This document shows positions 50,504 through 59,812 of a stretch of DNA of 64,000 nucleotides, piece after piece. Location: the NCBI GenBank assembly GCA_965206845.1, contig OZ242221.1:704001-768000 (forward strand), in the 5' to 3' direction. The DNA is from Cenarchaeum sp. (GTDB lineage: Archaea; Thermoproteota; Nitrososphaeria; Nitrososphaerales; Nitrosopumilaceae). Position 1 is the stretch's first letter; each line of letters starts with the position of its first letter. The notes under the pieces were generated by a model. The model was not told the origin of the DNA, ran no database searches, and worked only from the letters and a program-made list of their open reading frames with translations. The position numbers and the translations under genes are program-made.

Positions 50504-50884
50504 AGATATAGGTCAGATCCCCGGCATGTCAGCAGGATCTGCGCCCGTGTCTTGATGTGGACATCTTGCTGACCCGCAGGTAGCTGCGCTGCCCCATCAG
50601 TCGGTGAATTTTTTACAGCTGCACCCCGTAACCAGGCACCTGCCGGTGCCCCCCAGGTGCGATGCGGAGAAATGAAAGCACCCGATCTCCATGTTTCTGC
50701 ACTGCACAGGAACCAGAATGTACGGCATCTTTTAGGTTGTTCTGTTTTGGCAGCGTCGCACCATCTCAAGGCACGCAGCTGTGGCGATCTGCAGACCGGA
50801 AGCCGACAGAAGAGAGCCGCCACAGGCTCCGACATGCCGCAGACGGGACATCCGGCAGACGGTCAGCCGGCCGCACCGGGCATC

Positions 50885-51058
50885 TCAGCCGTAAATGAGG
50901 CAGTGTTCGCACTCGCAGCTGGGCTGTGCGCTTGACTTTGCAAGGCATTTTTTGTGCTGGCCCGCCTGGCACTGGACACAGACCTCGTCCAAGCTATCCA
51001 CCTCGGAGTACTTTTTTGACTGATCAAAGCCAAACCCTCCATCCTGAGGTCCTACCAT
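50885..51058 (-). CDS. Small Cys-rich Zn-binding protein
   Basis: CVQC..H..C...CECEHC; TATA-like TTAAAATA about 25 nt upstream of the ATG. Confidence 0.65.
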   Translation of the reverse strand: MVGPQDGGFGFDQSKKYSEVDSLDEVCVQCQAGQHKKCLAKSSAQPSCECEHCLIYG

Positions 51059-51088
51059 ACATCCACTGGCGAGCACCTACTATTTTAA

Positions 51089-51389
51089 GGGAATTATATA
51101 CAAAAGTACACGGTACTTCTGCCTTTTCTTGGCGTTCTTGCAATCCCTCCAACGCTTGGTTCTCGCGTTTGGTTCACGGAGCGTCCGGGAGCAATCCCGG
51201 CCTGGAATCTCGCGCCTTGGGACGACAATCCCTGCCGCCTTGACGGCAATGTTGTGCGCCGCGTTTATGTCGGCGTTGATGTCGTTCTTGCACCTGTCGT
51301 TCGTGCAGTGAAACTTTCCCTGCGACACCCGGGAGTTTTCATCCCTGTGCCCGCATTTGTGGCATGTCGTGCTGGTGCCCTTGGGGTCC
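51089..51389 (-). mobile_element. 5'-truncated copy of the TnpB-TIR element (Zn finger/RuvC-III fragment, scaffold and right TIR)
   Basis: DPKGTS.TCHKCGH..SQG.F.C.ND.C.ND.NADINAAHNIA matches the full copy; ends in GTATATAATTCCC. Confidence 0.9.
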
Positions 51390-51624
51390 CATGTGTGGTA
51401 CCAGGTTCGCAGTTCTGCCTCCCTCCGGCCGCGCCGCTGCAAGTGCGCTGTCCATCAAAGAAAGGGCTCACAGACTTGACGCGGCTCATGGAGCCGCTAC
51501 GTACGCGCGAAGCGGATCGTGATCCTGCGCAGGAGGTCGCGTCATACGCCTGTCCGGTATGCGCATGCAGGAGAATCTCTGCGCCCGACCCGTAGCGGAG
51601 CATGGCGCGCCTCAAAGTCGTCCG

Positions 51625-51762
51625 CTAGATCTCATCCTTGTCTTGGTCGTTGTCCCAGAGATGCATCGTTCCCCGTATCATAAAGGAACCCACAATTATG
51701 GCCACAAGGCCGCCCACTACAAAGACAAAGAACCTTCCCACATCACCTACAGAGGCCAACAC
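51625..51762 (-). CDS. Small membrane protein (start uncertain)
   Basis: FFVFVVGGLVAIIVGSFMI TM segment with acidic tail. Confidence 0.5.
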   Translation of the reverse strand: MLASVGDVGRFFVFVVGGLVAIIVGSFMIRGTMHLWDNDQDKDEI

Positions 51763-52027
51763 ACATGGATCCCCTACCGTGTAATCAAGTCTTTCTATAA
51801 TCCATTGGGTAGGTATTTTTAGCGCAGATATCCCTGGTATGCCATGAGCAAGGCAAAGCGCGTCGCCGCCTGGGTCGGAATACTTGGAGGCGGCATCGGC
51901 TTTTACTTCTTCTACGGATATGTAGCAGAGCTGATGCGCTAGGCCTGCCCGATCCACAGATGGGCCGCGCGGCCGGCACGGGATCCAAGCCGCGGGGTCA
52001 GACTTAACTACCATACGCCGGTGGGTT

Positions 52028-52465
52028 ATGTCGTTGGATGAGATTCCCCGTCAGGCAGCAGACCTCCTTGATGACATACGGCTGGGATACGTTGCCACCA
52101 CGAATGGTGACGGCACCCCCAACCTGTCACCCAAGGGAACCATCTTTGCCATTGACGCACACCACCTGGTCTTTGCGGACATCAGGTCCCCCCAGACCGT
52201 CAGGAACATTAGATCAAACCCGGCAGTTGAGATCAACGCAGTGGATCCCGCATCAAGGAAGGGGTACCGCTTCAGGGGCACGGCCTCCATACTGGAGGAC
52301 GGGGACGAGCTGGCAGGGATAATTGACATGTATAAAAAAAGAAACGTCAGGAGCAGGATCAGCAGGGTAGTCAAGGTCAGGATAGGTGCGGTTGCCGAAG
52401 TGACGTCGCCACTGTATGATCTAGGAATGTCCGAGTCTGAGATCAGGAAACGCTGGCAGCCGTAG
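52028..52465 (+). CDS. Pyridoxamine 5'-phosphate oxidase-like FMN-binding protein
   Basis: VAT..DG.PN.SPKG, T..NI..NP, KGYRF.G.A. Confidence 0.88.
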   Translation: MSLDEIPRQAADLLDDIRLGYVATTNGDGTPNLSPKGTIFAIDAHHLVFADIRSPQTVRNIRSNPAVEINAVDPASRKGYRFRGTASILEDGDELAGIIDMYKKRNVRSRISRVVKVRIGAVAEVTSPLYDLGMSESEIRKRWQP

Positions 52466-52502
52466 GGCCCGGCTACCTGACCTTTCTGTACTTTTTTGCT
52501 GG

Positions 52503-53561
52503 CTACGCGCTCATCTTTTTTGGACTCTGTCTCGGGACAGCGCCCAGCTTCTGCTTTGCGGCCTCAAGCTCCTGCCTTGTGTAGTCCAGCTGCCTCTTCG
52601 TAGAATCAAGCTCCTGCTTTGTGGCCTCAAGCTCCTGCCTTGTCTCATTTAGCCTTCGCTTTATCGACTCGACCACGGCACTGGCTGCCCGAACCACGTT
52701 TGGCGGATCGGCAGGCGAGACCGGCAGCACACCATCGGCAGGCACCAATGCGTCGTGCCGGGAGATCTCTGCGTCCCTCCTGGACATAGCTGCCTCGTAG
52801 CTGCTTGTGATGCTGGCCAGCTGCCTCTTTAGACTCTCAAGCCTTGCCCGGTCGGCATCGATCTCCATCCTCAGTCGCCTTGAGATCGACTCGTCATTCC
52901 CGGGCTTGCCGGTGCCCATGGGGCGGTCCGCGGTCTCAGGGGCATGCCTGACGGCCTTTATCTTCTCCAGAATTTTGTCGTGCTCGTTTCTTACGAGCTT
53001 GATGTCTGCCTGCTTTTTGTTGTACTCCCGCTTGGTGGCCATCAGCTTGCCCACGATGCTGTTGTACTCGGTCTTGACACTGTCCAGTTTTTTCGTGATC
53101 GACTCCAGGCTCTTTGTCTTGGCCGCCATCTGCTCCTGTATGTCCTCTGGCACTAGCCCCCCCTCTGGGATCGTCTGCTCACGGGCGTGATCGTCGGGTA
53201 CGGGCGTCTCTGCGCCCTGCGGTGCGGGCTTTTTTGTGGCCTCCTCTGCCTGCACAGTGGGCAGCCCGGCCACTCTGTCTGTAGCCTGCGCCCTGCCTGC
53301 AGACAGGGTATCATGACTGCCCTGCCTGGTCTCTGGCAGCACGCGACCGGTCACCGGCTGGTCTTTCGATAGGGCCGGAGAACCGCCTGGCGGTGGCGCC
53401 TTGAACTTTGGTGCATGGTATGCCTTTGGCAGCGCCGTCCTGACGCTTGACGGCGCTTCTGCTGCTCCCGCGGGATCATCCTCCCTGTCTTTTGACACCT
53501 TGAGCCACTTTAGTGCCCTGCCACCTAGTATCTTGTTTTCTTGTGTCTTGCACCATTTCAA
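52503..53561 (-). CDS. Coiled-coil hypothetical protein
   Basis: Disordered N-terminus; heptad repeats RQELEAT/KQELDST/KRQLDYT/RQELEAA. Confidence 0.7.
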   Translation of the reverse strand: MKWCKTQENKILGGRALKWLKVSKDREDDPAGAAEAPSSVRTALPKAYHAPKFKAPPPGGSPALSKDQPVTGRVLPETRQGSHDTLSAGRAQATDRVAGLPTVQAEEATKKPAPQGAETPVPDDHAREQTIPEGGLVPEDIQEQMAAKTKSLESITKKLDSVKTEYNSIVGKLMATKREYNKKQADIKLVRNEHDKILEKIKAVRHAPETADRPMGTGKPGNDESISRRLRMEIDADRARLESLKRQLASITSSYEAAMSRRDAEISRHDALVPADGVLPVSPADPPNVVRAASAVVESIKRRLNETRQELEATKQELDSTKRQLDYTRQELEAAKQKLGAVPRQSPKKMSA

Positions 53562-53572
53562 AGTTAATCACA

Positions 53573-53782
53573 CTATGAACCGCGTCTTCTTTTAATAAAG
53601 TTAAGATAAAACCCCGTCCCGCCGACGACAAGGCCACCCACCAGTGAGGCTGTGGCCATCTCCGGGTACTCGCCGTGTATGTTGGGCGCCAAAAACAGGA
53701 GCAGTGCGCCAAATATTATCAGTGCAAAGGGCCCTCCCCGCCTGGATCTGTTGTGCTCGCTGTGTGCCATACTGCATATCAC
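53573..53782 (-). CDS. Small two-TM membrane protein
   Basis: GPFALIIFGALLLF..GLVVGG.GFYL.F.KRRR. Confidence 0.7.
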   Translation of the reverse strand: MICSMAHSEHNRSRRGGPFALIIFGALLLFLAPNIHGEYPEMATASLVGGLVVGGTGFYLNFIKRRRGS

Positions 53783-53858
53783 TATGGCGCCGATACATAT
53801 TTGACTCGATCGATTCTGCGTCTGGCCCTGCTGCAGAGCCTAGTCGATCAAGCCACGT

Positions 53859-55445
53859 CTAGATGTAGTCCCTTACGAGCCTGCCAACCTTGTGCCTTCC
53901 GATGTCCGTAATGAACGGACCCAGCCTCGGGCCCCGGTTTGTGCCCAGTATGATCTGGTACAGCGTGCGAAAGAGCCTCCCAGGAGGAACGCCGCTTGAC
54001 TTTGCGACCCCAAATATCGCATCCTGCAGGTTCCCTGGGCTCTCCGGGGCGGTCAGCACGTGTGCCAGCTCCGCCAGCGCTCCTGTCATGGCGTCGTCCA
54101 GCTCCACCTCGATCCTCTCCTGCACGTCAAAGTCGTCAGAATAGTTTCCCGCTAGGTCTATGAGATGCTCCACTTCTGGGGCAGGCCCGGCAAGCACACC
54201 GTAGTCTGCCAGCTTTTTGGCCACCCGCTCCCTCCGCTCCTCCCGGAACACCCGGCACAGCTCCACTAGAAGCCGATAGCTGATGTGCGGAGTGGGCGCG
54301 GCCGGTGGGTTTAGCAGGTTGACGTACTGGTACAGCCCGCGGGATCTGATCTGCTTTGCCTGGTTGTCCGGCTTTGTCCTGCCAAAGTAGAGATCCTCCA
54401 GCTCGTTGTATTCGTCCATCAGGGAGGGTATGTCGTCAAAGCCCACCTCCCGGGCGCCGGTTATCCTCTTGTAGAGCAGGAGCAGTATGGATTTTGGGCT
54501 GCCGTAGCGGAGCCACTGCTGCGGCGTCACCACATTGCCCGATGACTTTGATATCTTCCTGCCTCCCTTGTCCAGAAACATCTCGTATCGCACATGGTAC
54601 GGGTGCGGATAATCCAGAATGCTGTCGGCCACCCAGTCGTTCACCTTTACCGAGTCCATGATGTCCTTGCCGTAGGCCTCAAACCGTATATCTAGCGCCT
54701 GCCACCGGGCGGCAAACTCCACCTTCCAGGCCAGCTTGCCCAGGTCCCGGGATATGTCTGACTCGCCGCAGTGACCACAGCCCCTCACCAGGGTAGAGCC
54801 CACCTCGGCATCGCGGCACCGGTATCTCACCACCCTCTCGTCGGGGAGGTACTCGAAGGCCTCGGCCGTGTACAGCCGCCGGCACTGGGCGCAGACGGGA
54901 AAGTACGGAAGCGACTGGCGGAACTTCTCCTGTCCCACCATCTCCGCTATTCTCTGACCGATGCGGCCGCTGTTTATCAGGATTGTGTGGATCTGCTCCC
55001 GGAACAGCCCCTCCTCGTAGGCCTTCTTTGCACTCTGAAACCTGTACCTTATCCCCACTGCGTCAAGGCCCTCCAGCAGGAGGCTGCTCATGCGGTCGCC
55101 GTACGAGTCATACTCCCCGTAGGGATCCGGCACCAGCGAGACCGGCCTTGCCAGGTGCTCCTCCAGGGATATGGGAAACCCGTGGGGAATCTTTCTCAAG
55201 CCGTCCAGATCATCCGAGTACGCCACAAGCTCCGCGGGGTACCCCTGGTCCTCCAACGACAGCTTTACCCCATAGGCCCGCACCGCATCACCCAAGCTGC
55301 CTATGTGCGGTATGCCCGATGCACCCAATCCGCTCTCCACCCGGATCAGATCCAGGCTCCTTCCCAGGCGCCTCTCCCGCTGCACCAGCTCGTGCGCCAG
55401 CTTGTCTATCCAGGTGCCGCGACCCACAGTGTCTGCCGACATCAC
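53859..55445 (-). CDS. lysS: Lysyl-tRNA synthetase, class I
   Basis: SGIPHIGS, DD.DGLRK, KL.WKVEF..RW, KISKSSGN, GPRLG. Confidence 0.95.
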   Translation of the reverse strand: MMSADTVGRGTWIDKLAHELVQRERRLGRSLDLIRVESGLGASGIPHIGSLGDAVRAYGVKLSLEDQGYPAELVAYSDDLDGLRKIPHGFPISLEEHLARPVSLVPDPYGEYDSYGDRMSSLLLEGLDAVGIRYRFQSAKKAYEEGLFREQIHTILINSGRIGQRIAEMVGQEKFRQSLPYFPVCAQCRRLYTAEAFEYLPDERVVRYRCRDAEVGSTLVRGCGHCGESDISRDLGKLAWKVEFAARWQALDIRFEAYGKDIMDSVKVNDWVADSILDYPHPYHVRYEMFLDKGGRKISKSSGNVVTPQQWLRYGSPKSILLLLYKRITGAREVGFDDIPSLMDEYNELEDLYFGRTKPDNQAKQIRSRGLYQYVNLLNPPAAPTPHISYRLLVELCRVFREERRERVAKKLADYGVLAGPAPEVEHLIDLAGNYSDDFDVQERIEVELDDAMTGALAELAHVLTAPESPGNLQDAIFGVAKSSGVPPGRLFRTLYQIILGTNRGPRLGPFITDIGRHKVGRLVRDYI

Positions 55446-57019
55446 GCCGTCAGATCCCGGGCCATGTAGGGCCCATCAGGCCGGTACCCCAGCCTCCCAT
55501 AGTAGGGTCTTGTCCCCACGGCACTGATGACCAGCATCTTCCTTGCGTCGTAGTCCTCTCGGGCCACCCTCTCGGCCTCCCGCATCAGGCCCCTGCCCAG
55601 CCCAGAGTGCTGGATGTCCGCCCCGGATCGGCTGCCTATCCTCAGGGACCTTCCGTAGACATGCAGCTCCCTCACAATGCAGGAGCGGCCGGTAACCTCG
55701 CGCCGGTGCGCCCGCTCTCCGGGACGCCGAAGCCGCAGGAACCCGTACACCAGATCATTCTCGTCCTCGTATGATATGAACGCCTCATCGCCCCCCGAGG
55801 CGCGGTACCCGCGTATCTTCAGCCGCGGATTGCCGTGCACGCCTGAGAGGCCCGCCTCGCGGCACCTTATGCACCGGCACGACAGGCCGCGGGACTGCAT
55901 GTATTTGAGCACCAGCTGGCGCAGATTGCCGGATCTTGGCCCGGCGGTAATCTCCCCGGGAGAGATCTCCCTCTGAACCCGCATGATCCTCACCCACGGC
56001 GGTACCATCCTCTTTGCCTCAGCCAGCACGCGGATCATCTCCTCCTGGGTGTAAGGATGATACCGGCCCGCCACATACTCGTCGTACAACGGCGTGCCCT
56101 CCAACACCAGCGACGGGTATATCTTGAGCATGTCAGGCTTGAGATCCTCATCGGTAAAGAGCCGCTCAAAGTCGGCTATATCCGCCTGCGGCGTCATGGA
56201 CGGAAGGCCAGGCATCATGTGCGCCGCGATCTTGTACCCCGCATCCCTGGCCACCTGGAACGACTCTGTCACATCAGCATAGGTGTGGCCGCGGTTCACC
56301 ATGCGGTACACCCGCTCCTGCAGGGTCTGGACGCCTATCTCCACCCTGGTCACGCCGTACTCCAGCATGGCGTCAACATGCTCCCTTTTGCAGTAGTCCG
56401 GCTTGGTCTCCACCGTCAGGCCGACGTTTCGAATGTCGGCTGCCTCGTTGGCGGACTTGGCCTCCTCTAGGGAGGACGACACGAATCCGTTCAGCGCGTC
56501 GTAGCACGACTTGACAAAGCCTGCCTGGTAGTCCCGCGGCATGAAGAGGAACGTGCCGCCGACTATGACCAGCTCCAGCTTGGATGGATTGTGGCCGTAA
56601 GCCACCAGCCGGTCCAGCTTGGTCAGAATCTGCCTGCCCGGATCATACGAGTTCGCCATGGCGTTGAGGGTGGACGGCTCGGTGCCGGTGTAGCTGTTGG
56701 GCGTGTTGAACTCGACTCCGCCCGGGCAGTAAGTGCACCTGCCGTGGGGGCATGCATACGGCTTTGGCATCAGGGCAATTACTGCCACGCCGGAGGCCGT
56801 CTTTACCGGCTTTGTCATCAGCACGTCCTGCAGCCGGTCAAAGTCAGAACCGCGGGCAGTGGCCAGAATCTCATGGTTTCCCGGTATTTTTGTCAGGGAG
56901 TACTTGGAGCAGACCCGCATTATGGCCGAGCGCACCTGCTTCTTTGTGGGGCAATTTATGGCAAGCAGCTGCCCCGATATCTCGCTACATGCCCTGTCGT
57001 AGTCTGATGCCTGCATCAA
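55442..57019 (-). CDS. elp3: Elp3 tRNA uridine(34) acetyltransferase (radical SAM plus GNAT)
   Basis: CPHGRCTYCPGG, ETKPD, RELHVYG, QH.G.G..L. Confidence 0.95.
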   Translation of the reverse strand: MMQASDYDRACSEISGQLLAINCPTKKQVRSAIMRVCSKYSLTKIPGNHEILATARGSDFDRLQDVLMTKPVKTASGVAVIALMPKPYACPHGRCTYCPGGVEFNTPNSYTGTEPSTLNAMANSYDPGRQILTKLDRLVAYGHNPSKLELVIVGGTFLFMPRDYQAGFVKSCYDALNGFVSSSLEEAKSANEAADIRNVGLTVETKPDYCKREHVDAMLEYGVTRVEIGVQTLQERVYRMVNRGHTYADVTESFQVARDAGYKIAAHMMPGLPSMTPQADIADFERLFTDEDLKPDMLKIYPSLVLEGTPLYDEYVAGRYHPYTQEEMIRVLAEAKRMVPPWVRIMRVQREISPGEITAGPRSGNLRQLVLKYMQSRGLSCRCIRCREAGLSGVHGNPRLKIRGYRASGGDEAFISYEDENDLVYGFLRLRRPGERAHRREVTGRSCIVRELHVYGRSLRIGSRSGADIQHSGLGRGLMREAERVAREDYDARKMLVISAVGTRPYYGRLGYRPDGPYMARDLTA

Positions 57020-57197
57020 ACACAGGTGACATGCCTGCCATAAATTCTTTAGAGCTCATCCCGTATGCGGGATCAGATCTTCCCCGTTTGGGGTCTGGTT
57101 TGCGTAGAGCTCCCTCTGGAAGGAGATGCCACCGGCGCGCCTCCAAACCCCTGTACCCGGCCGGTACGGCCGGCGGTTGCACGGCTCTGGCGCGGGA

Positions 57198-58457
57198 TCA
57201 TGTAGGATCCTGGGGCTTGGGGCTCGCCGCGTCGTCACCCTTGCTCGTGTCCCGGAGCTGCTCCTTGCGATACTCGATCTTCAGCCAGACGGGCGTGATT
57301 ATGGTGGTGGCAATTACCATGATGATTATGGTCGAGTACACGCTGCTGGTCAGAATGCCGGACGAGACGCCAACGCCGGCGACGATGAGGCCCACCTCTC
57401 CCCGGGAGATCATTCCAATGCCAACCTTCATTCCCTTGCTCCGATCCTTGAGGAACAGCCACGCTGGTATGCCGCATCCGAACAGCTTTGTCACAACTGC
57501 GATGACGATGATCACGCCGCTGAGCATCAGAATCTCCAGGTTGACATCCCGCAGGTCCACCTGCGCGCCTATAATCGCAAAGAACAGCGGTGCAAAGATG
57601 AGGCCGATCTTCTCGATAAAGTGCTCCACCTTCTCAAAGACCTTGGTTGTGGACAGCGCCATCCCGACGGCAAAGGCGCCCACTATGGGGGACAGGCCGA
57701 TGGAGCCGGCCAGTGCCGCTGCGCCAAAGAACGACGCGGTTGCGATTCCCTCGACGCTTCCCTTGGCCTTCCAGAGCCGCGGCGTCACAAGGCGCGGAAT
57801 CAGGAATACCGAGGCAAGCAGCATGATGGCAAAGAAGGCCAGCACCTGGAATATGGTAATTATGATTTCAAAGATGTCAATATCAACAATCCCCGAGTCG
57901 CTGCCCACCAGGGACGTGACCACGGACAGAACCGCTATGGCAAGTATGTCGTCCACTATTGCGGCCCCGATGATCAGCCTTGCCTCCTTTGATTTTATCT
58001 TTCCAAACTCGCTGAGTACCTGGACCGAGATTGCGATGCTCGTGGCAGTCAGCGCAGTGGCGATAAGCATGGACTGCAGGACGTCAAACCCGAACATCTG
58101 GAACGCCACCAGGCCCGCAAAGAACGGTACCACCACCCCCATGGTGCCCACCGTGAGCGAGGCCTTGCCTCCCCGCAGGAACTCCCTGGGAGTCATCTCA
58201 AGGCCGGCCATGAACAGGATTACGATTGCGCCAATCTCCCCCAGGATGCGGAGCTCCGCATCCAGCTTCAGTATCGACTCCCCGTTGTAGACAAGAAACG
58301 CACCCAGCGCAAACGGCCCGATTATCATGCCGGCCAGAAGCTCGCCCAGGACTATGGGAAGATGTATCCTCATGAACAGCTCTGCCATGAGCTTGGCTGC
58401 AAACAGGAGTATGCCCACAGCGATTATGGTCTGAATAAAGTGCGCCTCCGTAGCCAT
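57198..58457 (-). CDS. Cation:proton antiporter (CPA2)
   Basis: GE..AG..IGP, ATSIAI, IVDD, SRGEV. Confidence 0.92.
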   Translation of the reverse strand: MATEAHFIQTIIAVGILLFAAKLMAELFMRIHLPIVLGELLAGMIIGPFALGAFLVYNGESILKLDAELRILGEIGAIVILFMAGLEMTPREFLRGGKASLTVGTMGVVVPFFAGLVAFQMFGFDVLQSMLIATALTATSIAISVQVLSEFGKIKSKEARLIIGAAIVDDILAIAVLSVVTSLVGSDSGIVDIDIFEIIITIFQVLAFFAIMLLASVFLIPRLVTPRLWKAKGSVEGIATASFFGAAALAGSIGLSPIVGAFAVGMALSTTKVFEKVEHFIEKIGLIFAPLFFAIIGAQVDLRDVNLEILMLSGVIIVIAVVTKLFGCGIPAWLFLKDRSKGMKVGIGMISRGEVGLIVAGVGVSSGILTSSVYSTIIIMVIATTIITPVWLKIEYRKEQLRDTSKGDDAASPKPQDPT

Positions 58458-58622
58458 ATCTTCTGTTTATAAACAGCGCGATCATATAAGCGTCGCAATT
58501 CTGGCATGATCCAGGCCAGAAATGCCCCACGTATGTGAACTATGGGCAGGATCCAGGCTGCCGGTTATCTGGAGCCCGTCTGGCAGCCCGGGCTCTGTCC
58601 GGCGGCGCGTGGACGTGACACG

Positions 58623-59801
58623 TCAGGATGCCGGCGGCTCCTGCTCTAGTGTGACCCGCAGAAAGTCAAACCGGCGACATGTGCACCCCGTCTCAAGCAT
58701 GTCGGCGACGCTCGGACTGATGCTGCCCCCCTCAACGAACCTCTTGACCGGGAGGCCCCCCTCTGCCTCCATCAGCAACACTACTCTGGTGGGCGACCTC
58801 CTTGCGTACCTGACGGAGTGGATGGTCTTTTGGTTTATCTTGCTGGCACCTTCGTAGATCAGCACCGGACCAGCGGGAATCGTCTTGAGCGACCTTAGCA
58901 GCCGGGACGGAACCTCGTCCTCGGTCTCTACTGTGACCCGGATGACGGACCGAAAGCGTACCGGCATCTTGCGCATGTCCTGGGATACCTCAAGGGACGC
59001 AAGCTCGATGCAGGGCAGCTCCACCGTAGCCGGAAAGGCATGGCTGCGCCTTCGCGGGTTGAGAAGCCGGGCAAAGAACGGCCTGCCGTCTCCCAGAACA
59101 AGGCTGTCCTTGTCTTCACCGCCGATCCAAGATATTCTTGCCTGCGTGGCTCCCATTGCGTCACGGAGAAACCCGGAGATCTGCCTCTCCACGCTCTGGG
59201 CGCCGACGCAGAGGGTGCACCCGGAGCCGCCGCATCCGGAGCAGCGCGGGCGCTTCTGCGGCATGCCGCGAAGCCTTTTGATGTACCGTCCCGATACGGC
59301 AACCGGCCTCGTGTGGATGTCAACGGAGTCGTTCCTAAAGCTGACGGTAATCGTCAGATCCGGCCTGGTGTGATCTATTGTGGCGCCCGTGGCCCGGCGG
59401 AACTTTTTTGCAAGCTCGCCTGCGATCTCTGCCTTGATGCTGTCGGTGCCCTTCAGAAGGTACCTAGAGCGAACCGCGTCGTCCCTGTCAAGCACCGAGG
59501 GCCGGAGCGAGGCGCCCACCATGAACGACTCAAACTCCACATCGTAGGTCAGATTCCTGAACCTGTCCACGTATGTGCCCAGCCGCCGGCACAGGCCGCG
59601 GCATATGTAGCATTCCTCCGGCTCCTCCCTGTCCATCTCCCGGCGGATCCTCCCCCCCAGCCTCTTGCAGGAGGAGAGCCCCAGCCGTCTGACGTACAGC
59701 CTGCCCAGGCAGCTGTCGCACAGCGCAAACTCGGAGGATACCTTCAGCGCATGTGCCACGACGGATTGCAGCTCCAACCGAAAGAGTCCGGGTTTCGTCA
59801 T
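58623..59801 (-). CDS. pus10: tRNA pseudouridine synthase Pus10-like
   Basis: LCDSCLGR, CYIC, GRY.K..R..PQ, GGEDKD, GRPF, GGL.VK.FV.G. Confidence 0.85.
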   Translation of the reverse strand: MTKPGLFRLELQSVVAHALKVSSEFALCDSCLGRLYVRRLGLSSCKRLGGRIRREMDREEPEECYICRGLCRRLGTYVDRFRNLTYDVEFESFMVGASLRPSVLDRDDAVRSRYLLKGTDSIKAEIAGELAKKFRRATGATIDHTRPDLTITVSFRNDSVDIHTRPVAVSGRYIKRLRGMPQKRPRCSGCGGSGCTLCVGAQSVERQISGFLRDAMGATQARISWIGGEDKDSLVLGDGRPFFARLLNPRRRSHAFPATVELPCIELASLEVSQDMRKMPVRFRSVIRVTVETEDEVPSRLLRSLKTIPAGPVLIYEGASKINQKTIHSVRYARRSPTRVVLLMEAEGGLPVKRFVEGGSISPSVADMLETGCTCRRFDFLRVTLEQEPPAS

Positions 59802-59812
59802 TATAGGATTTG

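Noticed and set aside
49029-52500. Integrated provirus or genomic island at tRNA-Arg
   Set aside because: No integrase, no duplicated tRNA 3' end and no viral genes.
54983-58290. Long + strand ORFs such as 56752-58290 and 54983-55774, and similar shadow ORFs elsewhere
   Set aside because: Antisense shadows of well-supported genes in GC-rich DNA, with no motifs of their own.
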